From Gammaproteobacteria bacterium (GTDB lineage: Bacteria > Pseudomonadota > Gammaproteobacteria > CBDBNL01 > JAAOII01): a stretch of 64,000 nt of DNA. The notes below the pieces were generated by a model. The model had not been told where the DNA came from and made no database searches. It saw only the letters and a program-made list of their open reading frames with translations. Each line of letters starts with the position of its first letter. Positions within the stretch are counted from its first letter, which is position 1. A program made the position numbers and the translations under genes. Below are positions 23,491 to 33,283 of the stretch, in pieces. The stretch covers positions 1,792,001 through 1,856,000 of the forward strand of contig OZ242372.1 in NCBI GenBank assembly GCA_965209035.1, given 5' to 3'.

Positions 23491-25698
23491 TTACTTGTCC
23501 GTTGTTTTGCCGACTGCCTGTAGCTTGCTGAGGTTGCCCAGACGAACAAAAGGATCTCTTATTCGATACAGAAGTTGCAGCCTGTTATTTTTCAGTCTGT
23601 CATCTTCCGCCATCACCATCACTTCGTTGAAAAACTGCTCCAACAGATCACTCAACTTGGCAAGGATTTTGCAGCAGTTGTCGTAGTCGCGGGCCTGCGC
23701 GGCGGCGACATAGTCCGCATGCAGTTCCAGATAGCCTTTGTAAAGTGCCCGTTCCGCCGGTTCCAGAATTAATGTTGCATCTATCTCTTTCTGCGGCAGG
23801 TGCTTCACCCCGCCTAGAATATTTTTGAGACGCTTGTCCAGGGCAACCAACGCCTCTCGCCGGGCTTCGGGGATATTCGTCAGAGAGCGCACCCGCAACC
23901 AGCTGTCCGTGAGATCCGTTTGCGGTTCGTCAAACACCGCGGCGATCACCGCGCTTTTGGCATCCTTCGCATAGGCGTTGACGCGCTCGTTGACAAAGCG
24001 GAGTACCTCTTCGCCGACCTCGGCAGAGATCTCCATCTGATTCTGTTTTTTGTATCCTTCGGCGGCGGCCAACAGCAGGCCGCGCAAATCAACATATAAA
24101 GCACTTTCGAGAATGATGCGCACAACCCCCAATGCGAGGCGTCTTAGCCCGAAGGGGTCCTTGTCGCCGGCTGGCTTGTATCCCCGGGCAAATAGGCCGA
24201 CCAGACTGTCCAGTTTGTCGGCAAGTGCCAGGGCGCGTCCTTCCGCCCCGGCGGGAATGGGGTCACCGCTTTGTTGCGGCAGATAATGCTCCGCGATAGC
24301 GGCGGCGGCGGCTTCTTTTGTTTCTTTGCTTTTACCGGCGGCGAACCGTTCGGTATGTTTGTCCCCGCGCAGGTAGTATCCGCCCATAATCCCTTGCAGT
24401 TCCGGGAACTCTTGGACGGTGAGACTGATGAGGTCGCACTTGCAAAAACGGGCGGCGATTTCCGCAGCCTTTGGATCCGCTCCCACGGACGGGGCAATCA
24501 CTTTGACCAAGTCGGTACAGCGTTCGCTTTTTTGTCGCATGCTCCCCAGTCCGCCGAAGAAGGCAAGATTATTGAGTTTTTCAAAATTGTCGGTCAGGCT
24601 CTGTTGCAGGTCCTTCTCATAAAAGAAAGATGCATCTCTCAGGCGGGGGCGGACAACCGCTTCGTTGCCGCGGATGATCCTTTGGGGATTGTCGCTGCGA
24701 ATATTGGCGACGAATAGAAATGCCGGCAGGTGTTTTTCTTTATCTTTATCATTCCCATTCTCATTAAGGCCATTAGGGACATTAAGGAGCGGGAAGCAGC
24801 GTTGCTTGTCAATCAGAACGCTGTTGATAATCTCGGCGGGCAGTGTTAGAAATTCCGGTTCAAAATGTCCTTCGTAAACAACCGGGTATTCGGTGATATT
24901 GGCAATCTCTTCCAATAGACCATCCGGGGCATATAATTGCGTTTTCTCCGGGCGTGCGCTTGCCAATTTTTTTGCATCCTTTAGAATGCGCTCTTTTCTT
25001 TTTTGTTTGTCGACAATGACATGCCCGGTGCTTGCAAGAATTTCTTCGTAATCGGCGGGGGTTGTTATGGTAATCGGGTTCTTGTGGTAGGCTCTGTGCC
25101 CGAAAGTCCGGTTGTCGTTTTTGATGCCAAATGCCGACCAGGGAATCCGCGTGTCGCCGAGGATCAACACAAGCCAACGAACGGCACGAGTAAAACTAGC
25201 CCCCGGGCTGCCGTAGCCGCCGTTCCATCGCATGGTTTTGCGCCGCGGCAGATGCGGGATAATGTCGTTCAAAATCGGCGGTAAGAGTTCGGCGGTGTTT
25301 TTTCCTTTTTCCGTTCCCTCGTAACAAACATAGCCTTCCCGGTCTCCGTGTTCGTCTTTTTTGACTTTTTTGATGACCTTTAATTTTGCGGGGGACACAC
25401 CGCAACTGCGGGCAAACCCGAGGCAAGCGGGAGTGGGGTTTCCCGCTTTGTCATAGGCAATCCGGGCGGAGGGGCCGCGACGTATCACCCGCCTGTCGTC
25501 TTGTTGCGTTTGTAAGTCCGGGATCCAAAGTGCCAAACGCCGCGGGGTGGCATAGCCGATGGGTGTGCCGTGTGCGAGGTTTTCTTTTTGTAATCTTTCG
25601 CTGACGCCCGATTTTAGCCCCGCCAGAAGTTCGTCCTGTTCGGCGGCGGGAATTTCTTCACAACCGATTTCCAGCAAAATGTCGGCATGTTTTTTCAT
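23491..25698 (-). CDS. glyS: Glycine-tRNA ligase beta subunit
   Basis: [43 protein letters not shown]. Confidence 0.96.
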   Translation of the reverse strand: MKKHADILLEIGCEEIPAAEQDELLAGLKSGVSERLQKENLAHGTPIGYATPRRLALWIPDLQTQQDDRRVIRRGPSARIAYDKAGNPTPACLGFARSCGVSPAKLKVIKKVKKDEHGDREGYVCYEGTEKGKNTAELLPPILNDIIPHLPRRKTMRWNGGYGSPGASFTRAVRWLVLILGDTRIPWSAFGIKNDNRTFGHRAYHKNPITITTPADYEEILASTGHVIVDKQKRKERILKDAKKLASARPEKTQLYAPDGLLEEIANITEYPVVYEGHFEPEFLTLPAEIINSVLIDKQRCFPLLNVPNGLNENGNDKDKEKHLPAFLFVANIRSDNPQRIIRGNEAVVRPRLRDASFFYEKDLQQSLTDNFEKLNNLAFFGGLGSMRQKSERCTDLVKVIAPSVGADPKAAEIAARFCKCDLISLTVQEFPELQGIMGGYYLRGDKHTERFAAGKSKETKEAAAAAIAEHYLPQQSGDPIPAGAEGRALALADKLDSLVGLFARGYKPAGDKDPFGLRRLALGVVRIILESALYVDLRGLLLAAAEGYKKQNQMEISAEVGEEVLRFVNERVNAYAKDAKSAVIAAVFDEPQTDLTDSWLRVRSLTNIPEARREALVALDKRLKNILGGVKHLPQKEIDATLILEPAERALYKGYLELHADYVAAAQARDYDNCCKILAKLSDLLEQFFNEVMVMAEDDRLKNNRLQLLYRIRDPFVRLGNLSKLQAVGKTTDK

Positions 25699-26678
25699 TT
25701 CTTTTTATCTTTTTGGGATTTTCTGGCTTTGAGGTTGCCCGCTGTTTGCGCGGCGGCATATGCGGTGAGAGCATCCTTTCCGGTTTGTTTGTCAAGTAAG
25801 GGAAACCCCGCCTCGTATCTGCTGTGTATATATGCTTTTGCCACTCTGTTGGTTAGGTCGCGTATGGTCAGAATATACTTTTGTCGCTCGCTTACGGAAA
25901 TTGCCCGGCGGGCATCCAGCAGGTTAAAGATGTGCGAGCAATCCAACGCTTGTTCGTATGCCGGCAGTGGCAACTTGCTTTCGGTGAGGAGAATCGCGGC
26001 TTTGCGGCAGTGTTCAAATTGTTCGTAAAGAAATTGCGTATCCGCCTTCTCGTAGTTGTATACCGACTGTTCGTATTCGTTCTGTTTGTACACATCTCCG
26101 TAGGTGATCTGCCGTCCTCCCGGCGAGTCATCCGTTGACCAGATCAGATCATAAACATCGTCTTTTTGTTGAAGATACATTGCGATGCGCTCCAGACCAT
26201 AGGTGAGTTCGCCGCTGACCGGGTTGCAGTCCGTACCGCCGACCTGTTGGAAGTAAGTGAACTGGGCAATTTCCATTCCGTTAATCCATACCTCCCAGCC
26301 GAGACCCCATGCCCCCAGACTGGGAGATTCCCAGTTGTCTTCCACCAGGCGAAAATCGTCCGAGGTGGGTTTGAGACCCAATTGGTAAAGAGAATTGAAA
26401 AACAGATCAACGATGTCGTCCGGCGGCGGTTTGAGGAGAACTTGGTATTGATAGTAGTGTTGTAAGCGGTTCGGATTTTCACCGTATCTGCCGTCCGTCG
26501 GGCGGCGGGACGGTTGGACATAGGCGGTTCGCCAGGGTTCCGGCCCCAGCGAGCGTAAAAAAGTGGCGGGATGAAAGGTGCCGGCACCCACCCGCATATC
26601 CAACGGTTGGATGAGAACACAACCTTGCTTTCGCCAGTAGGTGTTTAATCGCAGAATCAGTTCTTGAAAGTCAATCAT
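25695..26678 (-). CDS. glyQ: Glycine-tRNA ligase alpha subunit
   Basis: [37 protein letters not shown]. Confidence 0.98.
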   Translation of the reverse strand: MIDFQELILRLNTYWRKQGCVLIQPLDMRVGAGTFHPATFLRSLGPEPWRTAYVQPSRRPTDGRYGENPNRLQHYYQYQVLLKPPPDDIVDLFFNSLYQLGLKPTSDDFRLVEDNWESPSLGAWGLGWEVWINGMEIAQFTYFQQVGGTDCNPVSGELTYGLERIAMYLQQKDDVYDLIWSTDDSPGGRQITYGDVYKQNEYEQSVYNYEKADTQFLYEQFEHCRKAAILLTESKLPLPAYEQALDCSHIFNLLDARRAISVSERQKYILTIRDLTNRVAKAYIHSRYEAGFPLLDKQTGKDALTAYAAAQTAGNLKARKSQKDKKK

Positions 26679-26997
26679 TTGTTTCTTGTTGTTTCTATAT
26701 TATTATGAACGCAAGCCCCGTTCTTTAATTTTTTATGACGGGTATTGCGGATATTTTAAAAATCCGTTTGCTTTTTATGCATTGCGAACTAAGGTAATGA
26801 AAAATATTGTTATTTGTGCCAACGGCATCAAAAAATACTGTAAAACAGGTAAAACGGAGTCGTTAAAATTTATTCAAAAATGTGTAAAAAATCAGTGTTA
26901 TTGTGGTATATTATAAAAATTTTCCTTTAACCGTGCACGAAGTTGTCGGTTAGCAGTGAATTAATTTAAAGAAGTATATTATTAAAATTTTACCATC

Positions 26998-27441
26998 ATG
27001 ATATTTAAAAAGAAACTATTTGGTCCGTTAATTAATAAGGTTGCGGATGCGGCAAATGAATTGGATCTCCCGCAAGAGGAAAAGATGCAATTTAAACAAA
27101 ACATACAAAACATCATATTGGAGCGTCAAAAGGAAGCCGAACAAGCGGAGCGTGCCAAACCGCGTTCCGCGGCCGAAGTGACGACATCCGAATTGCGACA
27201 AGACGATAAGTACACCAAGCGCGCTCGCCCCACGATTATTTATGTGGGCATCGCTCTTATTATTTGGGCTTACGCGGTTGTACCCATTTTGAACAGCCAA
27301 TTTGAATTGGGTGTCCCGGTGGATATCCCCCAATTTTTTTGGAATGCTTGGGCTGCGATTGTTGTAGCCTATGCCGGCGGGAGAAGTGTTGAAAAAGTGT
27401 TCCGTTCAAAGAGCAAATCGGACCAAGGGGCGGTAGGATGA
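26998..27441 (+). CDS. Holin (3TM / GTA-holin-like family)
   Basis: E..DKYTKRARP followed by two hydrophobic helices and GRSVEK. Overlaps the downstream amidase. Confidence 0.75.
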   Translation: MIFKKKLFGPLINKVADAANELDLPQEEKMQFKQNIQNIILERQKEAEQAERAKPRSAAEVTTSELRQDDKYTKRARPTIIYVGIALIIWAYAVVPILNSQFELGVPVDIPQFFWNAWAAIVVAYAGGRSVEKVFRSKSKSDQGAVG

Positions 27442-28121
27442 CAACCGGTATTGTTAAAGCGGATAAGTTAAATCTTAGGGAAAAGGTTGGGGGAAGGGTT
27501 GGTGCCGTTCTGCTCGGTGGCACGGAAGTGCGTGTGACAGATGCCCGGGAAGATTGGTCACAAGTTCAAGTGACCGGTTGGGTTTCAAACCGCTATTTGA
27601 ACGAATCGCTTGAGACCGAACAGGCAACAAGCGGCAAACGCATTCGGCGTATTGTGATTCATTGCTCGGCAACGAAGCCGAAACAGAACTTCACGGCTGC
27701 CGATATTAACAGTTGGCATACTTCTCCGAAAAGTGAGGGCGGACGCGGTTGGTCGCGCGCCGGTTATCATTGGGTCATTGAACGCAATCCCTGCCGCGTG
27801 ATGCCGTTGGTAGCGATGGATGATGACGAGGTTTTGGAACCCCGCGAGATTGCAAACGGTGCCCGCGGATATAACAGGGATTCTATTCATGTTTGTTATG
27901 TGGGCGGTTTAAATGCCCGGGGCAAACCCGCGGAAAATATTACGAAAGAACAAACCCAAGAGTTAATCGCATTATTGAATGTGTTAACGCGACATCGTCC
28001 GCATCTCAAGAAAATAGTCGGCCATAATGATCTGAATCCAATGAAAGCTTGCCCTTCGTTTGATGTTGCAAAATTTTTACACAAGCATTGTCAAGCTTCT
28101 TTTGCCAATAAGTACGCCTGA
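27438..28121 (+). CDS. N-acetylmuramoyl-L-alanine amidase (T7 lysozyme-like Amidase_2) with N-terminal SH3b
   Basis: SH3b LNLRE...GWVSNRYL. Catalytic IVIHCSAT, GYHWVI, SIHVCYVGG, GHNDL..KACPSFDV. Confidence 0.9.
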   Translation: MTTGIVKADKLNLREKVGGRVGAVLLGGTEVRVTDAREDWSQVQVTGWVSNRYLNESLETEQATSGKRIRRIVIHCSATKPKQNFTAADINSWHTSPKSEGGRGWSRAGYHWVIERNPCRVMPLVAMDDDEVLEPREIANGARGYNRDSIHVCYVGGLNARGKPAENITKEQTQELIALLNVLTRHRPHLKKIVGHNDLNPMKACPSFDVAKFLHKHCQASFANKYA

Positions 28122-28129
28122 TATTTCCA

Positions 28130-28393
28130 ATGATCCATCTGTTCGCACAACAACTCGGCCGTATCAACCGTTACTTGAGTTGTAGGAACAATAAATATTT
28201 CCCTCCATTGGTTTATGCGGGATGTTTGATCGCGATCTATGACTTTATGTTGGTGCCATTGGGTACTTCTTTGGGCTACTCGTTGGTGGCGGCGACGAGT
28301 TTGGCGGGCGCGTTGTTTTGGCCCGCTTGGGCGCTGTTTGTTAGCGGGGGTGTCGCACAACGCTCTTTGATAAAATCCGATGTCTATAAGTGA
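28130..28393 (+). CDS. Second, shorter holin paralogue
   Basis: PPLVYAG..IAIYDFMLVPL / FWPAWALFVSG...RSLIK aligns by eye with RPTIIYVG..IIWAYAVVPI / FWNAWAAIVVA...RSVEK of 26998-27441. Confidence 0.65.
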   Translation: MIHLFAQQLGRINRYLSCRNNKYFPPLVYAGCLIAIYDFMLVPLGTSLGYSLVAATSLAGALFWPAWALFVSGGVAQRSLIKSDVYK

Positions 28394-28399
28394 CTTTTT

Positions 28400-28440
28400 G
28401 AGCTATCTCGAACTACCTCGAACTACCCCGAACTATCCCC
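28400..28440. repeat. Four degenerate 10-bp tandem repeats GA(A/G)CTAYCYC
   Basis: gagctatctc gaactacctc gaactacccc gaactatccc. Confidence 0.7.
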
Positions 28441-28608
28441 AACGAACCTATGAGAAGCGAAGCCAGACAGGATGATGCATAATCAGCCCGGGAAATTTTA
28501 GCGGGCCCTGAGAAAATGAAAAAGACAGAGTTAGCGGTTTTCTCTGTTTGGCACAGATTATGGATTAATAGGGGTGAATTATTCCCTGATAAGTATTAAA
28601 ATATTTCT

Positions 28609-29454
28609 GTGAATACCAAAGAACATTTAATAATAATTATTTCACCGCAGACTTTGAAAGAGTGGCAGGGTGACTCGTCCCGGAAAATTCTTCTTTTGGA
28701 TCTGTCCGAAAATGCAAACTATCAGCGGGGGACAATTGCCAATGCCGTGAACATGCCTTATGCGGGGCTGGTGAATGGCGAGTTTCCGAATCCGGGTATG
28801 TTGCCGCAGGCGGCCGATTTTGCAACCGCCCTTGCCGCAGTGGGTTATGACGGCTCACAACACCTGGTTGCTTTTGATGACGAGTTTGGAATGAAGGCGG
28901 CGCGCCTCTATTGGACCTTGCGTATGGCGGGAGACGGCCGGGAAAATTTTAGTTATCTCAACGGCGGTGTTGCAGCCTGGCAAAACAGCGACGGGGAGGT
29001 TTCCTCCGGCGGTTCCGCCAGACCGACCGAAGTTCGGAGTATAGAGTGGGATACGGAACGGGGACCTCGGGCGACCCGGGAGCAGATTTTGGCATCCTTG
29101 CCTCAACAGGAATATTTCCTTTGGGATACGCGCAGTGCCGGCGAATATAGCGGCGAGGAAAAGCGCGCCGAAAGAGCGGGACATATTCCGGGTGCCCGTC
29201 ATTTGGAGTGGAGCAGTTTGCTTAACCAAGACGGTACCATCAAGCCCGCGGCAGAGGCGCGCGGTATTTTGGAGAAGTTTTTTGAGGAACGCAAGGATGC
29301 GCAACCGATAGTCGTCTATTGCCAGGCACATCGTCGTTCTTCGTTGGCTTTCATGGTTGCGGATTTTGTCGGAATTGAAGTTCTCGGTTATGACGGTTCT
29401 TGGCAGGAATGGGGGAACCTGCCGGATACTCCGATTGAGACGACTGTCGGTTGA
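28609..29454 (+). CDS. Two-domain rhodanese / thiosulfate sulfurtransferase (RhdA-like)
   Basis: AARLYW, GHIPGA, active-site YCQAHRRS, YDGSWQEWG. Confidence 0.9.
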   Translation: MNTKEHLIIIISPQTLKEWQGDSSRKILLLDLSENANYQRGTIANAVNMPYAGLVNGEFPNPGMLPQAADFATALAAVGYDGSQHLVAFDDEFGMKAARLYWTLRMAGDGRENFSYLNGGVAAWQNSDGEVSSGGSARPTEVRSIEWDTERGPRATREQILASLPQQEYFLWDTRSAGEYSGEEKRAERAGHIPGARHLEWSSLLNQDGTIKPAAEARGILEKFFEERKDAQPIVVYCQAHRRSSLAFMVADFVGIEVLGYDGSWQEWGNLPDTPIETTVG

Positions 29455-29648
29455 AGCGAGCATCCTCATCATCCCGATTCCCATTCCCACCCCTATCTCG
29501 AAGCCGTTGCGGATTAATCGGCGCAAACCGGAAACAAGAAGCGAGCATCATAAAAAAGATAATAGACATCGGCACACACGGCTATTTCCTTTGAAAAGGG
29601 AACCGATTTCCAATTTTTTATTTTCACCGTTTTCGGCGGTTTTTTACG

Positions 29649-31622
29649 GTGCTAAAAATATTTAAGCGCAAATCCCGCAAGGATTTTGAAGGCCTGGTGA
29701 GCGGCAACAAGTTTGGTCATGGTTTTTTCGCTCCGGACGGAATGCACGAAGAATGGTTTATTCCTTCGAGCGAAATGAGCAGAGTGCTGGACGGTGATCG
29801 CGTTGTTGCCGTTCCGACCGGCGAACAGAGAAGAGGCAAGAAGAAGGAAGTGCGGATTGTAAAAATCCTTTCCCGTTCGCGCGAGACAATTGTTGGTAAG
29901 TATAAATTCCGGGACGGGAAATCCGCGGTGGTTCCGGAAAGCGAAAAAATTTCCCGATTAATGTTTCCGGAAAAACCCGTTCCCGGTGTTCATCCGGGTG
30001 ATCTGGTGTCGGCGCGTTTGGTTTCAAAGCGGAACTTGGAATTGTCGGATCCCCTGAGATGCCGCATTGAAAAGGTATTGGGTTCCGCGCAAAAAGCCCA
30101 AACCGAAACGGATATTGCCTTGGCGGAATTTTCTCTGCAATGCGACTTTTCCAAAAGTGCTTTGAAGGCGGCGGAAAAACTGCCGGATGCCGTGGATCCA
30201 AAATTTCATAAAGACAGAAAAGATCTGACTTCAGTGCCGTTTGTTACCATAGATGGCGAGGATGCCCGCGATTACGATGATGCCGTTTATTGCCGTAAAG
30301 ATAAAGACGGCTGGTCTCTCTTTGTGGCCATTGCGGATGTTTCTCATTATGTTCGTCCAAATGATCCGCTGGATCGTGTGGCACAAGAACGCACCTCATC
30401 GGTTTACTTCCCGGACCGGGTTGTGCCGATGCTGCCGGAAAAACTGAGTAACGGATTGTGTTCGCTGGTGCCGGCAAAACCCCGCTTGGCATTGGTGTGT
30501 GAGATGCAAATTGACAAAAACGGGCAGTGCCGGGAGATGGAAATCTGCCCGGCTGTCATTATTTCCCGGGCAAGACTAACATACGATAGGGTTGCCGAAT
30601 ATTTGGGATACGGGAATACGTCCGCCAAGAAAGGAACAACACTTTCCGAACAACCCGCCATTTGTGTTTCTATGCGATCTTTGCAGGGTTTGACAAAACG
30701 GTTGCTAAAAACGCGCAAAGCCCGATCCGCATTGGAGTTTCATCATTTGGAACAGGTGCGGATTACTCTTGCGGACAACGGTGAGGTGCAGGATCTGGGT
30801 GTTGAGAAAAGAAACTTTGCAAGTTTGATGATAGAAGAAGCAATGCTGATTGCCAATGTGGCCGTTGCCGAATTTTTATCCCGCCAAAAAATGCTTCCGT
30901 TTTGTTACAGAGTTCTCGAAGAACCGGAAGAAGAAAATGTGGACGAACTTCGCTTGTTTTTGCGCTACTACAAAATCAAGATTCCGTTCGGAAAGGTGAC
31001 ACCGGAAATTTACGGCAAGATTTTGGAACAGGTGCATTCTTACCCCGAGGCTGCGGTGTTGGAAAGGAAAATCTTGCTTTCCTTTCGAAAAGCCTGCTAT
31101 GCGCGCAAAAATGTGGGGCACTTCGGGTTGAATTATGAGAAGTATACACACTTTACCTCGCCAATTCGTCGTTACCCGGATCTTTTGGTGCATAGGGCGA
31201 TTAAGTCTGTTCTGTTCGGCAATCAAGCAAAACAGGCGCCTGCGGAATATCCGTATATGGTGACGGATATAGATCGTTTGGCGGCAAGATGTTCCGAAAT
31301 GGAGCGGACCGTGAAGAAGGCGGTTTGGCAAGTGCATGATGCTTGTAAATGCCGTTACCTGGCAAACGAGAAAAAACAAAAATATCGGGGGACTGTGGTG
31401 CATTTGATGGAACACGGTTTTTTCGTTCAGTTGAATAACATACCGGTAGAAGGGTTTGTGCATATCAAGGCCCTGAAGGACGATTTTTATAAATACGAGG
31501 CGGCGGACAGGACACTGATAGGCCGTCGTGCCGGTAAGGTGTATCGTCCGGGGCAGAATATTTCGGTGCGAGTGGCGTTCATCAATTTTGAAAAACGAAA
31601 AATAGATTTCGTCTTGGCGTGA
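29649..31622 (+). CDS. rnr: Ribonuclease R (RNB family, compact)
   Basis: TIDGEDARDYDDA, AIADVSHYV, HFTSPIRRYPDL, C-terminal S1 domain. Lies upstream of rlmB. Confidence 0.92.
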   Translation: MLKIFKRKSRKDFEGLVSGNKFGHGFFAPDGMHEEWFIPSSEMSRVLDGDRVVAVPTGEQRRGKKKEVRIVKILSRSRETIVGKYKFRDGKSAVVPESEKISRLMFPEKPVPGVHPGDLVSARLVSKRNLELSDPLRCRIEKVLGSAQKAQTETDIALAEFSLQCDFSKSALKAAEKLPDAVDPKFHKDRKDLTSVPFVTIDGEDARDYDDAVYCRKDKDGWSLFVAIADVSHYVRPNDPLDRVAQERTSSVYFPDRVVPMLPEKLSNGLCSLVPAKPRLALVCEMQIDKNGQCREMEICPAVIISRARLTYDRVAEYLGYGNTSAKKGTTLSEQPAICVSMRSLQGLTKRLLKTRKARSALEFHHLEQVRITLADNGEVQDLGVEKRNFASLMIEEAMLIANVAVAEFLSRQKMLPFCYRVLEEPEEENVDELRLFLRYYKIKIPFGKVTPEIYGKILEQVHSYPEAAVLERKILLSFRKACYARKNVGHFGLNYEKYTHFTSPIRRYPDLLVHRAIKSVLFGNQAKQAPAEYPYMVTDIDRLAARCSEMERTVKKAVWQVHDACKCRYLANEKKQKYRGTVVHLMEHGFFVQLNNIPVEGFVHIKALKDDFYKYEAADRTLIGRRAGKVYRPGQNISVRVAFINFEKRKIDFVLA

Positions 31623-31631
31623 TGTTTCAAA

Positions 31632-32486
31632 ATGTCCGATTCCATTAATCTTGTTTATGGTATTCACCCGGTTCTCCAGGCGGCGCGTAGCGGGCGGGCA
31701 AAACGGGTTATGTTGTCGGAGTTTGGTTCGCATGACCGCTATCAAAAGGTACTCTCAGATAGCAAGGCGGAGATTGTTGTCCTAAACAAAAGAGAATTTC
31801 GCGATAAGTTTGAACATCTCCCGCATCAGGGGATTGCGGCCGAATGTGCCCCGCTCAAAATATACGGGCATGAGATCTTGCGGGAAGAAGAATTCGCAAA
31901 GACTGTGCCGAATAGTCTGCCTGCGGATATAAAGCCCGATTCTTTGCGGCATGCTTCGGTCGCCAATCTGGTCGATGCTTCGGCGGATGCTGTTTCGACT
32001 GAAAAACTACCCAATCATCCCTTGTATGTGATGCTGGATTCGGTGACCGACCCACAAAACTTTGGCGCCTGTTTGCGTTGCGCGGTTGCCTTTGGCAGCA
32101 GGGGGGTAATTTTCGCGCGAGATAATTCTGCTCCAATTAATCCCGTTTGTTGTAAGGCCTCCGCAGGGATGATTGAATGGGTGCGATTGATCCGGGTGCC
32201 GAATCTGGCGCGCGCTATGACAGAACTGCAACAAAAAAACTATTGGGCGATTGCCGCGGACAGCACGGAGGGGCAAACGCCGGAAAGCTTGGATCTTGTC
32301 GGTCCCTTGTTGCTTATTTTAGGATCCGAGGACAAGGGGGTTCGCAGTGGCCTGATCAAGCGGGCGGATTTTCAACTCCGCATCCCGCTCTGTTCGCCCG
32401 CGGAAAGTTTAAATGTTGCCACAGCGTCTGCCGTTTGCATGTCCGCCATTCGCTCCCGGCAACGACTGAGCAAGATGCCCGACTAA
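31632..32486 (+). CDS. rlmB: 23S rRNA (guanosine2251-2'-O)-methyltransferase
   Basis: YGIHPV, HQGI, LDSVTDPQNFGA, GSEDKG, SLNVA. Confidence 0.92.
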   Translation: MSDSINLVYGIHPVLQAARSGRAKRVMLSEFGSHDRYQKVLSDSKAEIVVLNKREFRDKFEHLPHQGIAAECAPLKIYGHEILREEEFAKTVPNSLPADIKPDSLRHASVANLVDASADAVSTEKLPNHPLYVMLDSVTDPQNFGACLRCAVAFGSRGVIFARDNSAPINPVCCKASAGMIEWVRLIRVPNLARAMTELQQKNYWAIAADSTEGQTPESLDLVGPLLLILGSEDKGVRSGLIKRADFQLRIPLCSPAESLNVATASAVCMSAIRSRQRLSKMPD

Positions 32487-32649
32487 GAACTTGCGTTCTC
32501 ATTTTCCGTTCGGACCCGTTTCGTGCAGATCACACAAGCATTGTTTGTTTGAGCGCGATATTTTTAAGACCGAGACGGTAAACGGCTCATAGCGGAAAGT
32601 GGTGTTCATTAATGAAGTAAAATTAATCTCTGTGGATCATCATTTAAGT

Positions 32650-32678
32650 TTGACCCGCTTTTATTCCGGTTGTATAAT
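32650..32678 (+). promoter_or_regulatory. Sigma70 promoter for the tRNA-Ser genes
   Basis: TTGACC-17 bp-TATAAT, ending 10 bp before tRNA-Ser(GGA). Confidence 0.7.
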
Positions 32679-32688
32679 TTTTCAAAAG

Positions 32689-32776
32689 GGAGAGGTGCCT
32701 GAGCGGTTGAAAGGGCACGCCTGGAAAGCGTGTATATGGGTTTACTGTATCGAGGGTTCGAATCCCTCCCTCTCCG
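32689..32776 (+). tRNA. tRNA-Ser(GGA)
   Basis: GGAGAGG acceptor stem, CACGC-CTGGAAA-GCGTG anticodon arm, long variable arm, GGTTCGAATCC. Confidence 0.96.
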
Positions 32777-32882
32777 TTGTTTTTGCGTATCACCAAGGTC
32801 GGATGTTCGGGCAATGTTGGAATGGTCTTGGCTTAGTTGCGCGTTCTGCCGGATAGTTACCGGAGGGTATGGGCAGTGTCTC

Positions 32883-33003
32883 ATCTCACAAAGGTTTTGG
32901 ACTCGGGGGGCATTGACATTATTGAGATTGGGCATTGATTGTGCGTCCTCAGATCCAAGAGCCGGTGCGAAAAACAGAAAAAACCGAAGCCGGGCGGGAT
33001 GAT
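32883..33003 (+). repeat. Third copy of the dispersed hairpin element (with an internal duplication)
   Basis: AAAGGTTTTGGACTC...GGGCATTGATTGTGCGTCCTCAGATCCAAGAGCC...CCGGGCGGGAT, homologous to the copies at 21555 and 21824. Confidence 0.8.
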
Positions 33004-33018
33004 ACAACCGATTTTATC

Positions 33019-33105
33019 GGAGAGTTGCCGGAGCGGTTGAACGGGACGGTCTCGAAAACCGTTATGCTCGCAAGAGCATCGAGGGTTCGAATCCCTCACT
33101 CTCCG
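33019..33105 (+). tRNA. tRNA-Ser(CGA)
   Basis: GGAGAGT acceptor stem, ACGGT-CTCGAAA-ACCGT anticodon arm, long variable arm. Confidence 0.96.
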
Positions 33106-33283
33106 TCGAGTTTGGGTCGCCCGGTAAGCGGTGATTCCGGATGGCAGATATTCCTTTTTACTCTATGCGATTGACGCGGTTGCAAATTGTTGGGACATTC
33201 CGCTTAATTAACTTAAAAGAACTAAAATATCGCTGATTTTTGGTGTTCCTGAGCACCCTTATTTATAAAATTTTGAAAGTATA

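Noticed and set aside
26998-28393. Prophage
   Set aside because: No integrase, capsid, tail, terminase or replication genes, and the flanks are housekeeping genes.
28440-28520. Riboswitch or ncRNA upstream of the rhodanese
   Set aside because: Only short, scattered complementarity and no recognisable conserved core.
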